From: Selaginella moellendorffii
Taxonomy: Eukaryota; Plantae; Lycopodiophyta
Direction: 5' to 3'
NCBI RefSeq assembly: GCF_000143415.4
Contig: NW_003314320.1
Span: 494,586 to 558,585, forward strand
DNA length: 64,000 nucleotides
In this document: positions 63,101 to 64,000 of the stretch, piece after piece
Position numbering within the stretch: position 1 is the stretch's first letter
Layout of the letters: each line of letters starts with the position of its first letter
The notes under the pieces: model-generated
Told to the model about the DNA's origin: nothing
Databases searched by the model: none
Seen by the model: only the letters and a program-made list of their open reading frames with translations
Program-made: the position numbers and the translations under genes

Positions 63101-64000
63101 TCGACATCTTCCTCGGCTACCCTGATCTGGTAGTATCCTGACCTTAGGTCAATCCTCGAGAAGTATTTTGCCTTTCCCAACCTATCGAATAGGTCCTCAA
63201 TCCTTGGCAAAGGGTACTTGTTCTTCTTTGTATACTTGTTGAGCAAGCGGTAGTCTATGCACATGCGCATAGATCCATCTTTCTTTTTCACAAATAACAC
63301 CGGCGCCTTATACGGCGACTTGCTCAACCTAACATACCCTTTGTCCACCAACTCCTCTAGTTGGCACTTGAGCTCCTTGAGTTCTTTTTCGTTCAAACGA
63401 TAAGGGGGACGAACTACTGCCTCAGCACCCTCGACCAGCTCAATCTTATGTTCTATCGGTCGTGCTGGGGGTAGCTCTGCCGGTAGCTCCTCCGGCATGG
63501 TATCCTGGAATTGGTCCAACACCCGTTGGATCACTAAAGGTACTTCTTCCATTCCTGTCTTTTTGTCACTCTTCACCGAGAGTAAGCACAAAAAGGCCGC
63601 CTTAGTTCCTTTAGTGAGTTGTCCTCTCGTGGACACCAGGTTTAAGCAGGAATCTTTGGCCTTGCTTTGCCCTACCTTTAGATCTTGGGCCTCCACCCTA
63701 GATCTTCTTCCTTGGGCATTCGCCAGTACCACAAGGTTTCTACCTTGTCCATGCAGGGCTACCACGAATCGATTGAACCAGTCCATTCCGAAGATCACGT
63801 CAAATCCCGCCATGTCCAACACGGTGAAGTCCATGTCCACCTTCCAAGTCCCCACTTCGACTCTCGCTTGTCGAAGTACCTCATCGGTGCTTTGGCTACC
63901 TTGAACAAACTCTATAGTCCTTGGCTCGCCTAGCCGCTGCACCGTTAGTCCGGCTTGCCGGACTATATCTGCAGCCACAAAATTATCCGAAGCACCCGTG
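59015..64000 (-). mobile_element. Chromovirus copy 3, tandem with copy 2 through the shared LTR 59015-60150; runs off the window
   Basis: 60151-64000 repeats 53781-57630 at offset 6370 with few substitutions. Confidence 0.95.
60554..64000 (-). pseudogene. Pol-chromodomain of copy 3 with introns 61406-61451 and 60936-60987
   Basis: Same intron sequences as copy 2; CGA>TGA at 60884-60886; catalytic E is K. Confidence 0.88.

Overview
Compact land-plant nuclear DNA. Roughly 45-70 nt introns, very short intergenic gaps and many PLS-PPR and F-box relics suggest a Selaginella-like lycophyte (inference). 1-4.3 kb is AT-rich and CpG-poor with no supportable gene. 4.3-46.4 kb is a dense gene block: tRNA-Lys, ARP6, an AAC4-like gene, a stand-alone RNase HI with a tandem pseudogene, ECM29, a 2OG-like/U-box gene, DEAD-box RH36, a Gfo/Idh/MocA oxidoreductase, gamma-SNAP, a PLS-E PPR, DHQS, SUV3/F-box/PPR/DHQS relics, PHO1 and a PORR protein. 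48.1-64 kb is a nest of three copies of one Ty3/gypsy chromovirus: one truncated + copy inserted into the 3' LTR of a - copy, which shares an LTR in tandem with a third copy. The main finding is that this retrotransposon carries host-type spliceosomal introns. Two of them (46 and 52 nt) must be removed to rebuild the integrase D-35-E and GPY motifs. A candidate 55-nt intron would switch Gag-Pol to Gag only. A candidate 66-nt intron spans the U5 end and the primer-binding site, so spliced mRNA could not be reverse-transcribed, which would explain how a retroelement keeps its introns. The 3' UTR is a hairpin array with two tRNA T-loop/B-box stem-loops. All splicing is predicted from sequence only.
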